Below, one piece after another: positions 29,254 to 44,200 of a DNA stretch of 64,000 bases. The translations under genes and the position numbers were made by a program. How positions within the stretch are numbered: the stretch's first letter is position 1; the number at the start of each line of letters is the position of its first letter. The notes under the pieces were generated by a model. The model saw nothing but the letters and a program-made list of their open reading frames with translations. It was not told the origin of the DNA and ran no database searches. The DNA lies in the NCBI GenBank assembly GCA_012295275.1, contig CM022667.1, forward strand, positions 19,406,001 through 19,470,000, in the 5' to 3' direction. This stretch comes from Chrysomallon squamiferum. Taxonomy: Eukaryota > Animalia > Mollusca.

Positions 29254-30099
29254 ATAATTTGATATTTCACCTCTACAAATATGTCAATCTGTGATCGTGG
29301 ATAGAGATTGGTTAAAATGGCTGCATCAAACGTCTGCTGTAAATGCATTGTCATTTCCTGTGATTTTCTATCTCCTCGTGGCCGATTCTTTCTCTCGCCT
29401 GTACTAAATGTGGCCATGCTGTACTGACAGTTTACTAGAACCTTGTCAATCAAAGCTTTTCCACGACCACCACGAATCTGATAAAATAAAAATAAAAATA
29501 AAATAATTGAAGCTGGCTTATTAATTTAAAAATAAATGGAATCTTGGAGTTAATAAAGTAGTCTTACAAATACAAAAATAATCCTGAGTTCAGAAACTGA
29601 ATATGACAATGTCTGATAAGAGTGCATACTAAATGATACTTTGTTGTAAGTCTCTTGGTCTGTAATATCTTAAATTGCTAAGCTCATTATTATTATGACT
29701 GAGTTGTGAGTAAATTACTTTATTATTAATTTAATTCAGTCAGTTATTTTCACTTTATCAGTGCATGGAATAATAGGACAATCATAATAATGACTGACTA
29801 TTTCATTATCACAATATGATTATCTAAGTATTTGTAAAATAAAAATGTTTATACTTTGTATTATACTTTATAGTTTATAGACTATAGTAAATTCTAAAGT
29901 ATAGAGTTACGACTAAACAACGATTTACCTCGTGTGGGCCATACACGGCTGCTAGTACTTTTGTGTTTCCTTGTTCTATGTATGCAGAGCCGTCTGCTTG
30001 TTTAAATACACTCATTCTACATTGTATTTGTCTTAATTCGTGTGGTCTCCGACCATCTATCCTAAAACCTTGATCTGACAACAATTCCAAACCGGCCAT
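28404..30099 (-). CDS. EXOSC4: Exosome complex component RRP41, 3 exons, 247 aa
   Basis: Exons 29929-30099, 29271-29477, 28404-28769. MAGLELLSDQGFRIDGRR..ADGSAYIEQGNTKVLAAVYGPHE, YSMATFSTGERK, YPRSQIDIFVEVLQSDGG (RNase PH fold). Confidence 0.97.
28990..29065 (+). mobile_element. Degenerate dispersed repeat (SINE-like body) fragment
   Basis: ggctactctttcaattagctgcaaggaattgttatatacat..ccccataaaga resembles the reverse complement of 51340-51420 (gactattcttatttgcaagcagcaacagtgcttgtatatgcaccctcccaaaaga). Confidence 0.35.
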
Positions 30100-30167
30100 G
30101 CTTCCCTCTTTTTCGCTAGTGCTTATCTCCCTTCCTTTAAACAAGTTATGTCAACCGGGTGACGAAA
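30100..30167. promoter_or_regulatory. 68-bp interval between the divergent EXOSC4 and OPLAH start codons (bidirectional promoter or overlapping 5' UTRs)
   Basis: EXOSC4 CAT at 30097-30099; OPLAH ATG at 30168-30170; locally CpG-enriched. Confidence 0.75.
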
Positions 30168-31095
30168 ATGACGTCTGCTTCTACCAAGTTCCAATTTGCA
30201 ATAGATAGAGGCGGCACGTTCACCGACGTTTGGGCAAGATGTCCCAATGGAAAGACAAGAGTAATGAAGCTTCTATCAGAAGATCCAGGGAATTATCAGG
30301 ATGCTCCACGTGAAGGAATAAGAAGGATTATCGAAGGTTTTTTTTTTTTTTTTTTTTTGTGGTTTATTATTCTATACCGATAGGTGATAATGAAGTATAA
30401 TGATATAATAATGTTAAGTGTATTTTCTTGTTGTAATTTCTAACCATATTCACTATAATTATTATATTCTGTAATATCTGTAAATTCTTAAAAACATATG
30501 GAATGGATACTGAGATGCATTTGTTCGTAATGATAATCTCAGTGGCAGATGTAATATTTTCGTTTTGCTAAATAATAATTATATTTATAAGAACTTGTTT
30601 GCAATGACATAATTCTGTCTTGTTATTGATCATGCAGGCCCCTCAAATCTGAAAATGCATCTGCCAAAACTGAAACAGTTTTTACCACTGACTGTTTTTC
30701 TTTTTCTTCTGATTCTTCTTATTATTACTATAAATACACATGATAAGGCACTTGAAATATCTGTACCACGCTTCTGTTTTATTTGAACAAATGTCATGTC
30801 AATTTTTGATGAAGGTCATTATGCTCCCAGCTATTCATGTCCCAATGTGAAAGAAAGATTCAGCCAGGAATTATTTAAATGTGCTTGAGAATTAGTTTAA
30901 TTTTAAATATATCATTAAATGACTTTGTAACATCCACAGCAATTGTAATCTGTTCCCTAGTCAATACCTATGACCTGTTACAAATTATTCTGATTAGTAT
31001 TTACAAGATTATATGTAAATAATTATAGAGGGCTAATTTTCCATTTAAGCATGTGTGTGTGCATTCAAAAAGAAAGAAAAAATGTATGTATGTAT

Positions 31096-31145
<50 letters not shown>

Positions 31146-31450
31146 TTTACATATTATTTGGATTAATTTTGAAAATATTACTGAGAAATAGATGTCACGA
31201 GGTGGACAACAAGGAAAAGTTCCCTTGGGCTGGTGTAAGACAATGGATTTGTAAAAAAATAAAATTTTGTTATTAAATCACATTAGATTAGTTTCAGTCT
31301 GAGTTGTTCCCCAGATCTTTACTGAGATATTGTAAAAAATGTATTTCTTAGCAGGCCCCCATTATATCTTGTATACGTTTGCTAAAAGTCTGACATTTAT
31401 ATTGTTAGTATTTATTATAATTTCATAAATGCGAAATGACACTATTATTA

Positions 31451-31533
<83 letters not shown>

Positions 31534-34500
31534 TTATATTGTTAAGGAAACTGGGAATATTTGTCCTCAAAATGAGCCTCTTGACACAGCTTGCATTGAC
31601 TGGATTAGAATGGGAACTACAGTGGCTACAAATGCTTTGCTGGAACGGAAAGGAGAACCTATTGCCTTGGTCATCACCAAAGGATTTAAAGATCTCCTGC
31701 ACATTGGCAATCAATCAAGGCCAAATATATTTGATTTGGTAATTCTCCTACTAATGTTAATTATAATTTGGTATCAAAACTCTATGGTTAGTTAAATAAA
31801 TAAGTATTTAAAAAATGTAATAATAATAATAGTTTAAAAAAATAATAATATGATAAGTGTTTAATAGATACAAAAAGAAAAAGAGATACACAATATATAA
31901 ACTAATCACACAGTACACACTATCACTGGCATCTAATCTACGTATTGTTTCTCTGAAACTGAAAAATGTAATATACTGTGTCTAACAAATCACAAACACA
32001 TATGCTGATAATTACACTTACTGTCTCCATTATACATGGACCATTTCTGACTTCCACATAACCTGCTATTCACTTACAGTATGCATTGTGCAAACATTTT
32101 TCATGAAACTTCTAATTTCAGGAAATTGTTTGTCCATCTCAGTTGTATGATGAAGTGATAGAAGTTGAAGAGAGGATGGTATTGAAACAAGAAAAATGTC
32201 AGATAAAAAAATCCTGTCCTGTTTTTACTGGAACTACAAAGGAAGAGGTAATTATTTATTGTTACTGTTTTATTGAATAATTTTTATTTTTTTATTAATT
32301 TATTTATTTTATTTAATTTTTGGTGCTTTTGCTGCTTTTTTCATCATGTTACAATGAAGAAAGGTAACAAACAATTTAAGAGTTTTTACTTTCCAAGAAC
32401 TGTTGAAGTTGACACAAACTAAAGTGCATTGATTTATTAACTGTCACAGGATAATGTCAGACATTTGATAATTGATATATTATCTTCATGGTATGCTGAT
32501 AATATTTTACATGCACTTCTAAAGTCCTGAGGTAAAATTAAGTAACTGAATCAGCAGATAGGAAAAATTATCCTTAGATCCACCACCTATCTAATAGCAC
32601 TGGTTTTGAGGAAAAACTGTTCAGTTAGTAAATTTAAATTATTTTTGAAAAGTGCAGGATATTCTGAAATCATTTGTTATAGAGTATGCCAGCAATTTTA
32701 AGTTTACTTACTGAATTTATTCTGTTTTGCTAAAAAATAAGGTTGTATTATATAATAAATGCCAAATATATTTTCCTTTATTAGCTGGAAGAGTGGCAAC
32801 CTGTAGATATGGAAAACTTGAAAAAAGATTTGAAAATAGTTTTAAACAAAGGAATAAAAAGCTTGGCTGTTGTATTTATGCATTCTTACACGTAAGTCAT
32901 TTAAGAAAATTTCAGTATCAAAGCAAATGACTAATAATTATTAAAAAAAAAAATAATAATTCTGTTTAATTATCAAAACTATTTACAGTTTTGATTTATT
33001 TTTGTGTGTTCCTGATTAATATTTATATAAAGATTATAAATCAAGTATTATTTTGAATGTGGAAATATAAACAAAATCTGCCTTTAAAAGAATTGTTGTA
33101 CACAAGTGGGATAAAAGTCACTAATTGTTTAACATTTAGATCAGATCTCCATGAGAAACAAGTGGGTAGTTTGGCTAGAGAGATGGGTTTCATCCATGTG
33201 TCACTGTCATCAGAGGTGATGCCTATGGTCAGAATTGTTCCACGAGGTTATACAGGTAATTTCCTGATTATTTTTTAATAAATATATAATTTTAACTAGA
33301 CACAAATATATTTCTAAATATAAAAATATATCTTTATGTTAATTTCACTGCTAATTTCTAGGAATCTTACAGTTAACATTTTTATTATAATTTAAATGTA
33401 TTGTTCCCTAGTTCATATGGTGAATCTTCATAATGACATAATTACTACTGAATTAAAGAAGAACAATTTTAAATATTGCTAGTACCAAAATGTAAACTTG
33501 TTTTTCTCATAATAATACTGATCTGGTTACAATTTAAATAAAAAGCCAACTTCTCTGAAAGCTACTAAGGCAAATATATTAAATAATATTTAATATCTTA
33601 CTTGTTCATAAAAGCAACTGTAAAATAGATTAAGCAGTTTGTCTCAGAGTTACAAAACAAAAAACTGTTACTTTTAAGTTTTGTAAATTATACAAGTCTG
33701 TATAGGTAAATTGCTTGAAAAACAGGAATAGGTTATTAAGGTGGTAATCCTGCCAAAACCATCCAGAAATTCTCAATTTAAAATGAAATTAAAATGAGTT
33801 ATATTGAGGTTTAAATGTTTTGTAATAATTTTTCTTTTTTCAATATTTATTATGTGTTTATTATATTAAGGATGAATGTTCTACATATTTATTTATTCAT
33901 TATTATTTTCTTTTAAATGTTTATCATTCTTTTTTTCTTATTTTTGTTTTTGAATTGTGTATTTGTCTTGTTTCCAGCATGTGCAGATGCATATCTTACT
34001 CCATGCATCAAAAAATATGTGGAAGGATTTTCTTCAGGATTCAAACATAATCTGAAAGTAAAATAAAAACATTCTGCACTGTTTTTTTTATTTATTCTCT
34101 ATTTTGTATTTTTTTAAATATATTTTTCTCAAATCATAATCAAATATGGCTTCTATATTAAACTGTTTTTTTAGTTTTGTTATAATTATAATTATGTTTT
34201 TATTAATATTAATATTCTAAATGTTAAACAGATTACCAGAAGTTATAAATTTATGACATATATCTGCTAGAAACTGTTTATAAGAAATTGTTTTCTTATT
34301 GAAATCTGACTAATTCATCATACGATGATGTTTAATTAAAAGGAAAGTGTTTCTACATTTAATTAATCTTACTATTAAGATTAAACAACTATATTATGGA
34401 ATATTTATTCAAAGTTCTCATCTTGTTAAATTATTTAATTACTGTTATTCAGGATACTAAAGTTCTCTTCATGCAATCTGATGGTGGCCTAACTCCAGTT

Positions 34501-37500
34501 GATAAGTGAGTTTATCAAAAAGATATGCATAAATTATTATAAACGTTAAACAAATTTATTATTATTTTTTTTTTTTAAATCGATATAAAAATAACTTCTA
34601 TTTATTCAGATAATTCTGCAATTACTTCATAATTAATTATAATAGTATTATATAATACATCTTATACTACTGAATTTTTTCACACTTATTAATTTTTTGC
34701 ATTATCTAATTTATTAAAATATGAAGAGTAAATTACTGACTTGTGTGATTCCAGGTTTAATGGATCAAGGGCCATATTATCAGGTCCTGCAGGTGGTGTT
34801 GTTGGGTATGCACTTACTACATATGGACATGAAACAAAATTACCTGTCATTGGATTTGATATGGGAGGTCAGTGTGCATATATATATATTGTTGATACAG
34901 AATTTTTTTTTTACATTTAACAATTTTGAATTCAGGTTAATTTTTATTATGTAATTAATTTCAGGTACATCTACTGATGTGAGCCGTTATGCTGGTCAGT
35001 TTGAACATGTGTTTGAAACAACAACTGCAGGCATCACCATTCAGGCGCCACAGGTAGCTAAGTCAGAATTTTAAACAGTTACAGCAGTGTTTGAATTAAC
35101 AAACACAAATCCATTTTAAATTTACTTTTCAAATTATCACAGCATAACAAAAAGTGGTTTTGTATATAATATATATTTTTAGCTTGATATTAACACTGTG
35201 GCTGCAGGCGGTGGCTCTATGCTATTCTTTAGATCTGGATTATTTGTTGTGGGGCCTGAGTCTGCTGGTGCACACCCAGGACCTGTATGCTACAAAAAAG
35301 GTTAAATATGTTACTTCATTTTCATCAGAATTATGTAGAGTATCAAAAATAAATTAAATATATATTTAATTTAATTCTGACAAGTTAATTATATCCAAAT
35401 TAAATTTGTTTTTATTTGTGGTGATAGATACATATATATTATTAAATATATCATTATAACTCAGACTGGTAGTTCTGGTGCTGTTAATGTATAAGTTAAT
35501 ATTTAATTATACTAGTAACTGAATTACTTTTTTAATCAATAACAAATTTATTAAAAAAATGTTCAGTCTAGTTGAGTTTTTAAGTACTGTTTAAATAAAC
35601 AGCCTAGAATGAAAGTTACCATTTCGTAAATATTCTCTCGTGATCAAGATAAGTTTTTAAAGAATAATTCATTAACTGTATAGGTGGACCACTGACTATA
35701 ACTGATGCAAATCTCTGTCTTGGACGAATATTACCTGAATATTTCCCACACATCTTTGGTGAGACAGAGGATCAGCCATTAGATAAAGAGGGTACAAGCA
35801 AAGTTTTTCATACACTTACAAAACAGGTAAGTATCTTTCCACTTTACTTGGTTATCATGGTTTGTGTCGTAATGTTTTATATTGAAGTAGTATGTAAATG
35901 ATATACCTAAATACACACACACAAATACATGCACACATGCGCACACACACACACACGCACACACACAGACACACATAATAAGTCTCTAAAGTAATGTAAT
36001 AAATAACTTTAAATAGAGTCATATATTTTTAGAGTCATATCTAATGTTATAAATTAATTATTAAGAAAGTTATTAAAGATCTAAAAATGATGTATGATAA
36101 TAATAACATATTAAATGCATATATAATTATTATTTTAAATAATTTAGATAGAAGCACAAAGCCTGATAAAATAATAGTGGATTGGTCCTGGTACTAGTCA
36201 TTCCTCAGGCACCTCCCTTAACCATAGTTCATTCTCAAGAGAAACATATATGGTATGGTTTTAATGAAAATGAATCTGTTAGCTTACGACTTTGTCAAAA
36301 CAGGTAAACAAGTTTCTGTCCAGCCAGCCTGCAGACACCAACAAGCAGGAAATGTCACCTGAACAGGTTGCTATGGGATTTATCCGTGTTGCTAATGAAA
36401 CCATGTGTCGACCAATCAGAGCTCTTACTCAGGTAATATCCACCATATGAATTACTGAAGTTATTTTATTATATTATTTAAATACTTTAGGAATTTACAA
36501 ATACTTATCATTATTGTGATTGGTCCCCACAACTTGGTATGGAAATAAGGGATTTTTTTAATTATTATTTCATGCAAAAATTAGAATGTGAATAGTAGAA
36601 ATACATTTTTAATTACTGATTGATTTAATCAAAAGCTTTTTTTGTTTTATTGCTATTAAAAATGAAACAATTTTTTTTTTTAGACAATGAAATGTTTAAT
36701 TCTGAAATACTGGAGATAGAATAACAAAGGACTTTTATAATTATATTTCAGGCAAAAGGGTATGACACATCCAGACATGTTTTAGCTTGTTTTGGAGGAG
36801 CAGGAGGTCAGCATGCTTGTTCCATAGCCAGATCACTTGGCATGTCTCAAGTCTACATTCATAAGTAGGAACCTCTTTAAAGTGTAATTGTAGCTGAAAC
36901 TTTCACTAATGTACTCCTGATGTCACTATAGAGAACTATAAAGAAAACTGGTAAATGGATAAATATGACAAATATTGTTGATCATTTAATTATTCTTAGT
37001 CTACACTATTTAACATCATAAGAAATAAATAAAGTTTTGTTAGGTTTTTGTATGCCTGGCATAATTTTACAAATATGCAGTTGATGAGAATCAAACAATT
37101 ATTTGGAATTATATATAATTTTTTTTCTTTTTTTGTCAGCACTCATTGGTGTATATGTATTAATTAGGATGCAGAAAGCTGAATTTTTTTTTTATATATA
37201 TACCTCTAATGCTCAATTTTGTTTAAACAAATATTCTGTTGTTTTGTTTTTTGTCCCTTTTACAACTGCAGTTTCTCATTTTTATGACAGATATGCAGGT
37301 ATTCTTTCAGCCTATGGTATGGCTCTTGCTGATGTGGTACACGAAGCACAAGAACCAAGTGCCAAAGTCTATGAACAAGGTATTTAACTGGATTTTAATA
37401 ATAATAATAATTATAACACAAATACTGCTGCTACTACCATTGAAAAGTCTAATTATGTTATTGATAAATCATTATAATTACACCAACTAGTACAATTACT

Positions 37501-38192
37501 GCTACTGCTACAGCTGCTACAACTGTCACTGCTGCTACTGCTTCCAGTAATAATAAAAGTAAGAATATAAGGACATGTTAGGCACAAATAAATGGTCATT
37601 ATTTTTATGTTATAGAAATGACACTGATGTGTTCCCATAAATAACTAATACTTGTTTATTATATTTAATGGCTTCAGTTAATATTTTACCAAAAATGAAA
37701 TGCAAAAAACCCCAATAATCCATGCATAATTATTATGTTGTCTGTGTGCATGTACATCCTTTTGAAGAAAGAAAATAAGACAATTGTTTGAAAAAATTAA
37801 TTTTATAATATACTCTTTTTTTTTTTTAATGTGTTTGTCAAAATGGAATATTTGATAAAATTATTTGTATAAAATGTAAATATTTCATATATGTCATAAT
37901 TATTTAGTAACAGAAAAAGTTAAAATATGCAAAGTGTTACATTTATTTTTTTTTTTTCTGTTTGCCATTATTTACACTAGTATGTTTCTTACTATAGCAT
38001 ACATTTGTATTTATTTGACAACAGATTACCAGACAAATAATTAAACTATTAGGAATGTGTAGAACATGTTTATTGTTCTATTTACTGATAATTTGAAGAC
38101 ATTAATTCTGTATTTTAACACATTAATTTACTTTTATATGTTATTAAATTAGCATGTATTAGTTGTACTACATATCATACTGTATATACACT

Positions 38193-38223
<31 letters not shown>

Positions 38224-41200
38224 ATAAAAAACAGTAAAAAAAAAAAAAATATATATATATATATTAAATTATTCCCAGTGGAGATCTGTGAAAATTAATT
38301 CATAATATTACTCTGCTTGCTTTGTGATAGTTTCTTTTGCTTACATTGATGAGAGACTGGATGCTTTAAGTAAGACTTGTGTAGAGGAACTACAAATGCA
38401 GGGATTTTCCAGGTACATTAACTATAATGTATTCATGCATTTAGAAATTAAACGTGTTTTAATATAAATAAAAATAAATGTCAAACATTTATAAAAAATT
38501 GTGAATTCTTGAATTAATGAAATTGTGACAGTTTCAATTTTGCTTTTGATAATGCATATGCTTCTGTATAGAAATAATTTTATTTTTTAATTTCTATTTA
38601 AGAAAATTTGGGATTACTTTAAATTGCTTGGCCTTATTTTGTTATTGCCTTTAAGTATGACAGAAAAGTTTCTCTTTACATATTTAGTATATTTTGTTGA
38701 TTCTGTGTCTCTGAAAATATATTTAAAACATGTTTATTCACAATAAGTTAAGTAAATAAAGTGCAATTGTTTATGATAAATTGTTAAGGAGTTAGAGTAA
38801 ATTTCCACCCCCACTTTATATTATGGAATTTTAATTAAAAATATTGAAAAATAAAAATGTTTGATGGAAAAATTAATGATTATAAAATTAGATTTTGTTT
38901 TTCAATTTTAAACTCAGTGATCAGATAAAACTCAGGCATTCCTACACTTGCGATATGACAAAACTGACTGTGCTCTGATGTGTTCTACTGAGAATTACCC
39001 AGCTACAAACAAAACTGGCAAATATGGGGACTTCCAGGCTGCATTTCTGGACAGGCATGCAAAATTTTATTCACTATTTTATAATAATAATATAGAACAG
39101 AGGTAATTATTAGCCTATTATCACAAATATCTTTTATTAATAAGAAAATTCATTAATAAGTTACTGTATGACAAGTTTAATTTATTACTACTGTTAACTT
39201 TTTCTTCCTTTTTTATTTTTGAATGAAATGTGGATTTATTTTTATTGTTTGGTGATTATTTGTTTTTTAGATATAATATTAAATATATTAATTAGCAGTT
39301 TATATTAATGTTACTGAACTTAAATATATAATAAATGTTAAATAAAGCGACTTTATGTAATTTTTAAACATTTTATATCAGATACAAAACAGAGTTTGGT
39401 TTCACACTGAAAAATCGACCAATTATCATTGATGACATCAGAGTGAGGGGAACAGGAAAATCTTTGTCAGAAAAAGACATTCAAATTGAAATTGCTAAGG
39501 ATTTGCCAAAGGAAGAGAAGGTAATTACTGTATGTTTTTATCAGATTTGATGAGAATATTCTTGTCTGTTATTACACAAGTCATTCAGTCAGTCAACAAT
39601 TACAAACATACTTCTATTGAATGTTCCAAAACCTGTAAAATGTCAGGAATAAATTTTATTCTTTATCTTCTTTAATCATTATTTCAGTAGTCCTCCCATA
39701 ATATAATAATTCAGTCTTACAATATATGGAAATAAATGGGAAAATTTGTATGTAAACTTTCTATTATGCAGATTTAAATTATTTGTGTAATATTTTCCTT
39801 TAACATAACTAAATTAATAATTTACCAAGCAAAGCTATATAACTTTTGTAAATTCTGTTTTTCTGATACATGACAGGACATGTTGATATTGACACTGTAA
39901 TAATAAACATTTTATTTTTCACCCATATTTCCAGATTTTTGGAACACTAATTGCTTTGATACATTATCTGTTATAACAAAAATAAATTTAAGATAATAAA
40001 TTAAAAATATTTTATGTTAATCTGTTTTTAAATTTCCTTTCAGACAGTAAAATGTTACTTTGAAGATGGTTATCTTGACACTCGTGTGTTTTTACTTTCC
40101 AATCTTCTCAGTGGTCACACTCTAAAGGGCCCAGCTATCATCATTGATAAAACCAGGTTGGAACTTAATAAAATTAAATTTTATACAAACTATTGTGACC
40201 TGTTTGGATATTTAGTCATTATTAAGAGTATTTGATTGGATTTAAAACTATTTGGGTACTTATAATTTTAATTTTATCTGAATACTGATGATAGCATTCA
40301 CAATATATATACACACACACACACACATATATATACATATATATATTAATTTTACCTGAAAAATTAAATAATTTGTTTTAATATTCAATAATATTTAATT
40401 TAAAATAACCATAAAATAATATTATTTAACAGAGGATATGTTATGTTTCAGCACAATATTGGTTGAGCCAAACTGTACAGCATCAGTCACGAAACAGGGA
40501 GACATCAAGATTGTGGTGAGTACAATTAGTTATCTAATACTCTGAATATTTATTACTTCTCATGGCCAAGAAAAATATTTATCAGTTTATCCCTATTAAA
40601 TATGTGTACAAAATCTTTCAAGTAATATTCTTTTTAGTTGCCTTATCTTAAGCCGTGTCATGTACTTTATAGTTGCTGTGATTTTTAACTAAAAGCAAAA
40701 ATGACACAAATATATATATTCCTTTAAACTTTTTTTTTTCAGTTATTTAACTGTAATCTCACTTTTTCCAAATAATACGTAATTGCAAACTTGAAAATAC
40801 ATAAAGTTGTACCTGTCTTATATAGAAACTATTGGGGTCAAGCAAAAGTGTCCCTATTCTGAAGGTGTCTTCTCATCAGAGGGACAGAAATACAAGTCAA
40901 TTATTTTTTCAAACATATTTACAATCTTTATTCACATCCATCACATAAGAAACCACAAAAACAAAAATCATTGTGGCCGGGCATTGAATTAGCAAACATC
41001 ATAGCATCCTCCTAAAATACATTTGCAAATATACTGAGTTCACTGATGGATGTAAATAAAACTTATTTTTCATGTCACAAAACTCATAATAAGCAAAATG
41101 TGTATTTATGTTTTAAAAAATATTGCCTTTGAAGCCCAAATAGATTGATTAGCACCATCCACACCAATTTTTTTACCTCAAAAGTCCACTAATTATGTAT

Positions 41201-44200
41201 CAAATGGTTATGGGCTCTTGTGATTTGACAAACACTCCTTGCATGCACTGTGAATATCATATAAAGCTGCCATACAATACAATTATTTATTTTGGAGAAA
41301 ACATATCTAAATGTGTATGACTATCTGCTCTAGCAGTACAAATAATAATTAAACAATGCTATTTGAGGGGCATATCTATTGCAAAACATTTCTTTTGAGA
41401 AAGTGTCCATACATTGTAGGTGGTTGTTCATTTTAGGGTCTGCTAAAGACAGGTACCACTTTAGTTTAAATATTGTTTCAGTAAGCCACTTTATCTGACA
41501 TTTTAAAAACCCATCTATTTGAAATGATGTTTCAGGTAGGCCATGGTTCATCTGTTACAGTTGGTAAAGAGCTGGATGCTATTCAGTTGTCAATATTTTC
41601 TCACAGGTTTATGAGTATTGCTGAACAAATGGGCAGGTTTGTTACCATTCATATCAAAAATATATTTTTGTGTAATTCAAGATATTAAAACTTGCATTTG
41701 TGTATGAAATTATTCAGGAGAATTCAGGAAGGATTTGATTCATGTTCAAACTGGAAATATTTTGTATTTAATTTTACTATTAATGCAAATTAATTTAAAC
41801 TATATTCCTGTATTGATTTATGTTAATGTGAAATTTTTTTAATCAGTGTCTGCAGTGTTCCAAACTTGTATCATTTTCTATGATTTGAATTAACATGGTC
41901 CACTGAATCTAAATTTTTCTGTATAGAATATTAATAAATATTAGGCTTAACGAGAGAGTATGTTGATTTTGTCATTGATTATTGTGGGGTTTTTTAATTT
42001 ATTTATTAGGGTTTTCTTTCTTTTTCTTTTTTCAGAGTTCTTCGAAGGACTGCTATATCAACAAATATCAAGGTAAAATGATTGTAGGATAATAATGCTT
42101 TTCTGGAACAAACATTATTTTAACAATCCAAAAATTCTGATCAAGGAATTGAAAAGTGTATTTTTAATGTTAGCCTAGTGGCTGTTGAGTACAATACTAA
42201 AACAGTGTTACTGTTCTTGTATAACTATTACATTTGTTTGTTTTTTTCCTTCTTATATTTTCCATTACTCCATGATTTGCAATGTTTCACTTTAGTCTAT
42301 TTTTAAAAATTTCATTTGCAGGAAAGGTTGGATTTTTCCTGTGCCTTGTTTGGACCAGACGGTGGTCTGGTGGCCAATGCTCCTCACATCCCAGTTCATT
42401 TAGGAGCCATGCAGGAGACTGTTCAGTATCAGGTACATACTACAGAGACTATTTTATTTGGGTCAGCATATTTTATTTTATATTTTGATATTTATGTTTT
42501 ACTTGTAAAATATTTTGCATGTTTTTATTTTAGTTAAGACAGCTAGGTGACAATTTCCGAGATGGAGATGTAATTCTGAGCAACCACCCAGCAGCTGGAG
42601 GGAGCCATCTGCCTGACCTGACTGTCATCACACCAGTAAGAATTATTTTAAACTTTCGTCTGTAAACTAACTCATAATTAAATTCTAAATAAAATTAAAC
42701 AGATCTTCAAAAATGAAATATTTCCAAAATATCAAATAAATGTTTTGTTACTAGATGAATGAAGATTTTATATTTATATAATAATAATGTACAAAGCTGT
42801 TATTTATTTTAAAAAGAAGTACAAATTGTATTAATATCTCATTTATAACATATTTTTTTAATCTAATGATTTTTCTTTCTATGATGAATTTTAAAATGTT
42901 AACAATAACTATTTACAATAACAGTAAAAGACAGTTCTACTTATGTGTTTGCTCAGATGCATCATACATAATAAATAATGGCATAGATCCTTTTGTATAC
43001 ATTCTTTTTTTAATAAAAGATTCATGAAATCAGTCATGAAACAAGCATTTCTATATAGTAACATGTGCTATATGTTATTTTTTTTGGCTAAGAATTTTCC
43101 TTATAAAATGGTGTTTGTAATTAATACCAATTAAACTAGTATAACACAGGGTGAGTAATCAAATTATTTTCACAGGTTTTCCACAAAGGACAGAAGAAGG
43201 CAGTTTTTTTTGTGGCAAGTCGTGGTCATCATGCAGATATTGGTGGTATCACACCAGGATCAATGCCTCCACATTCCAAATCTATACATGAAGAAGGTGC
43301 AGTGTTCAAGTCATTCAAAATAGTGCAAGAAGGTCATTTCAATGAAGAAGGTACAGAATAAATATTTATTCTTTGTTTTTATTATTATACTTTTTAATTT
43401 TCAGACTATTTTATTCTTGAATTTTCTGTTTTGTATTCTATACTTATAATTATGTTTCAATTTATTATTTGACTTCATATGATTTTTTTATCTCTAAATA
43501 CTGATGGCACCTTTTTAGAAACATTTCTTTTGTTTATAAATTTCCTTATATTACGATTTTCCTTAAATTTGTATTTCAAGTAATTATGAATGAGTATATT
43601 AAGTTATTTTAATTTGGTTTGCATTTGTTTTTACTTTTTATACTCATTTTTAATTTTAATATTTCTTTCCTGTTTTTTGAAGAATAAAAGAGAAAACCGA
43701 GTAATAAAACTCTAATTTAAAAATGACTAGATACATTCTACATTTACTTTGTGTAGATGTAATAGCTGAACTGATGGCTCCTGCTCGGTTACCTGGAAAC
43801 AGTGGATCAAGAAATCTTCCAGACAACCTTAGTGACTTGCGGGCTCAAGTAGCAGCTAATCAAAAGGTTTCATACTTGGTTCCAATGAACTTAAAATAAT
43901 ATTTAATAACTGAAGACCAAACTGTAGTAGAGCTGATAAACAAATAAATACTTCTGATTAATTATTAATGAACAGTGGTAACTTGAAAACTGAATAGTGA
44001 AATATGTATATATTGTTATTATTCCACATACTCATTCAAGATGACACACTGTATGTATTTTGTTGACATATTTATCATTTACAGTAATTCTGCTGGTTGG
44101 ATGAATGTAAATATATCTCAACAGATTTTGTCTTTTCAGTATTTTGTTTAGTTAGGAGAAAAAATTAATTTATTATAATTTATATATTTAATTTTATGTA

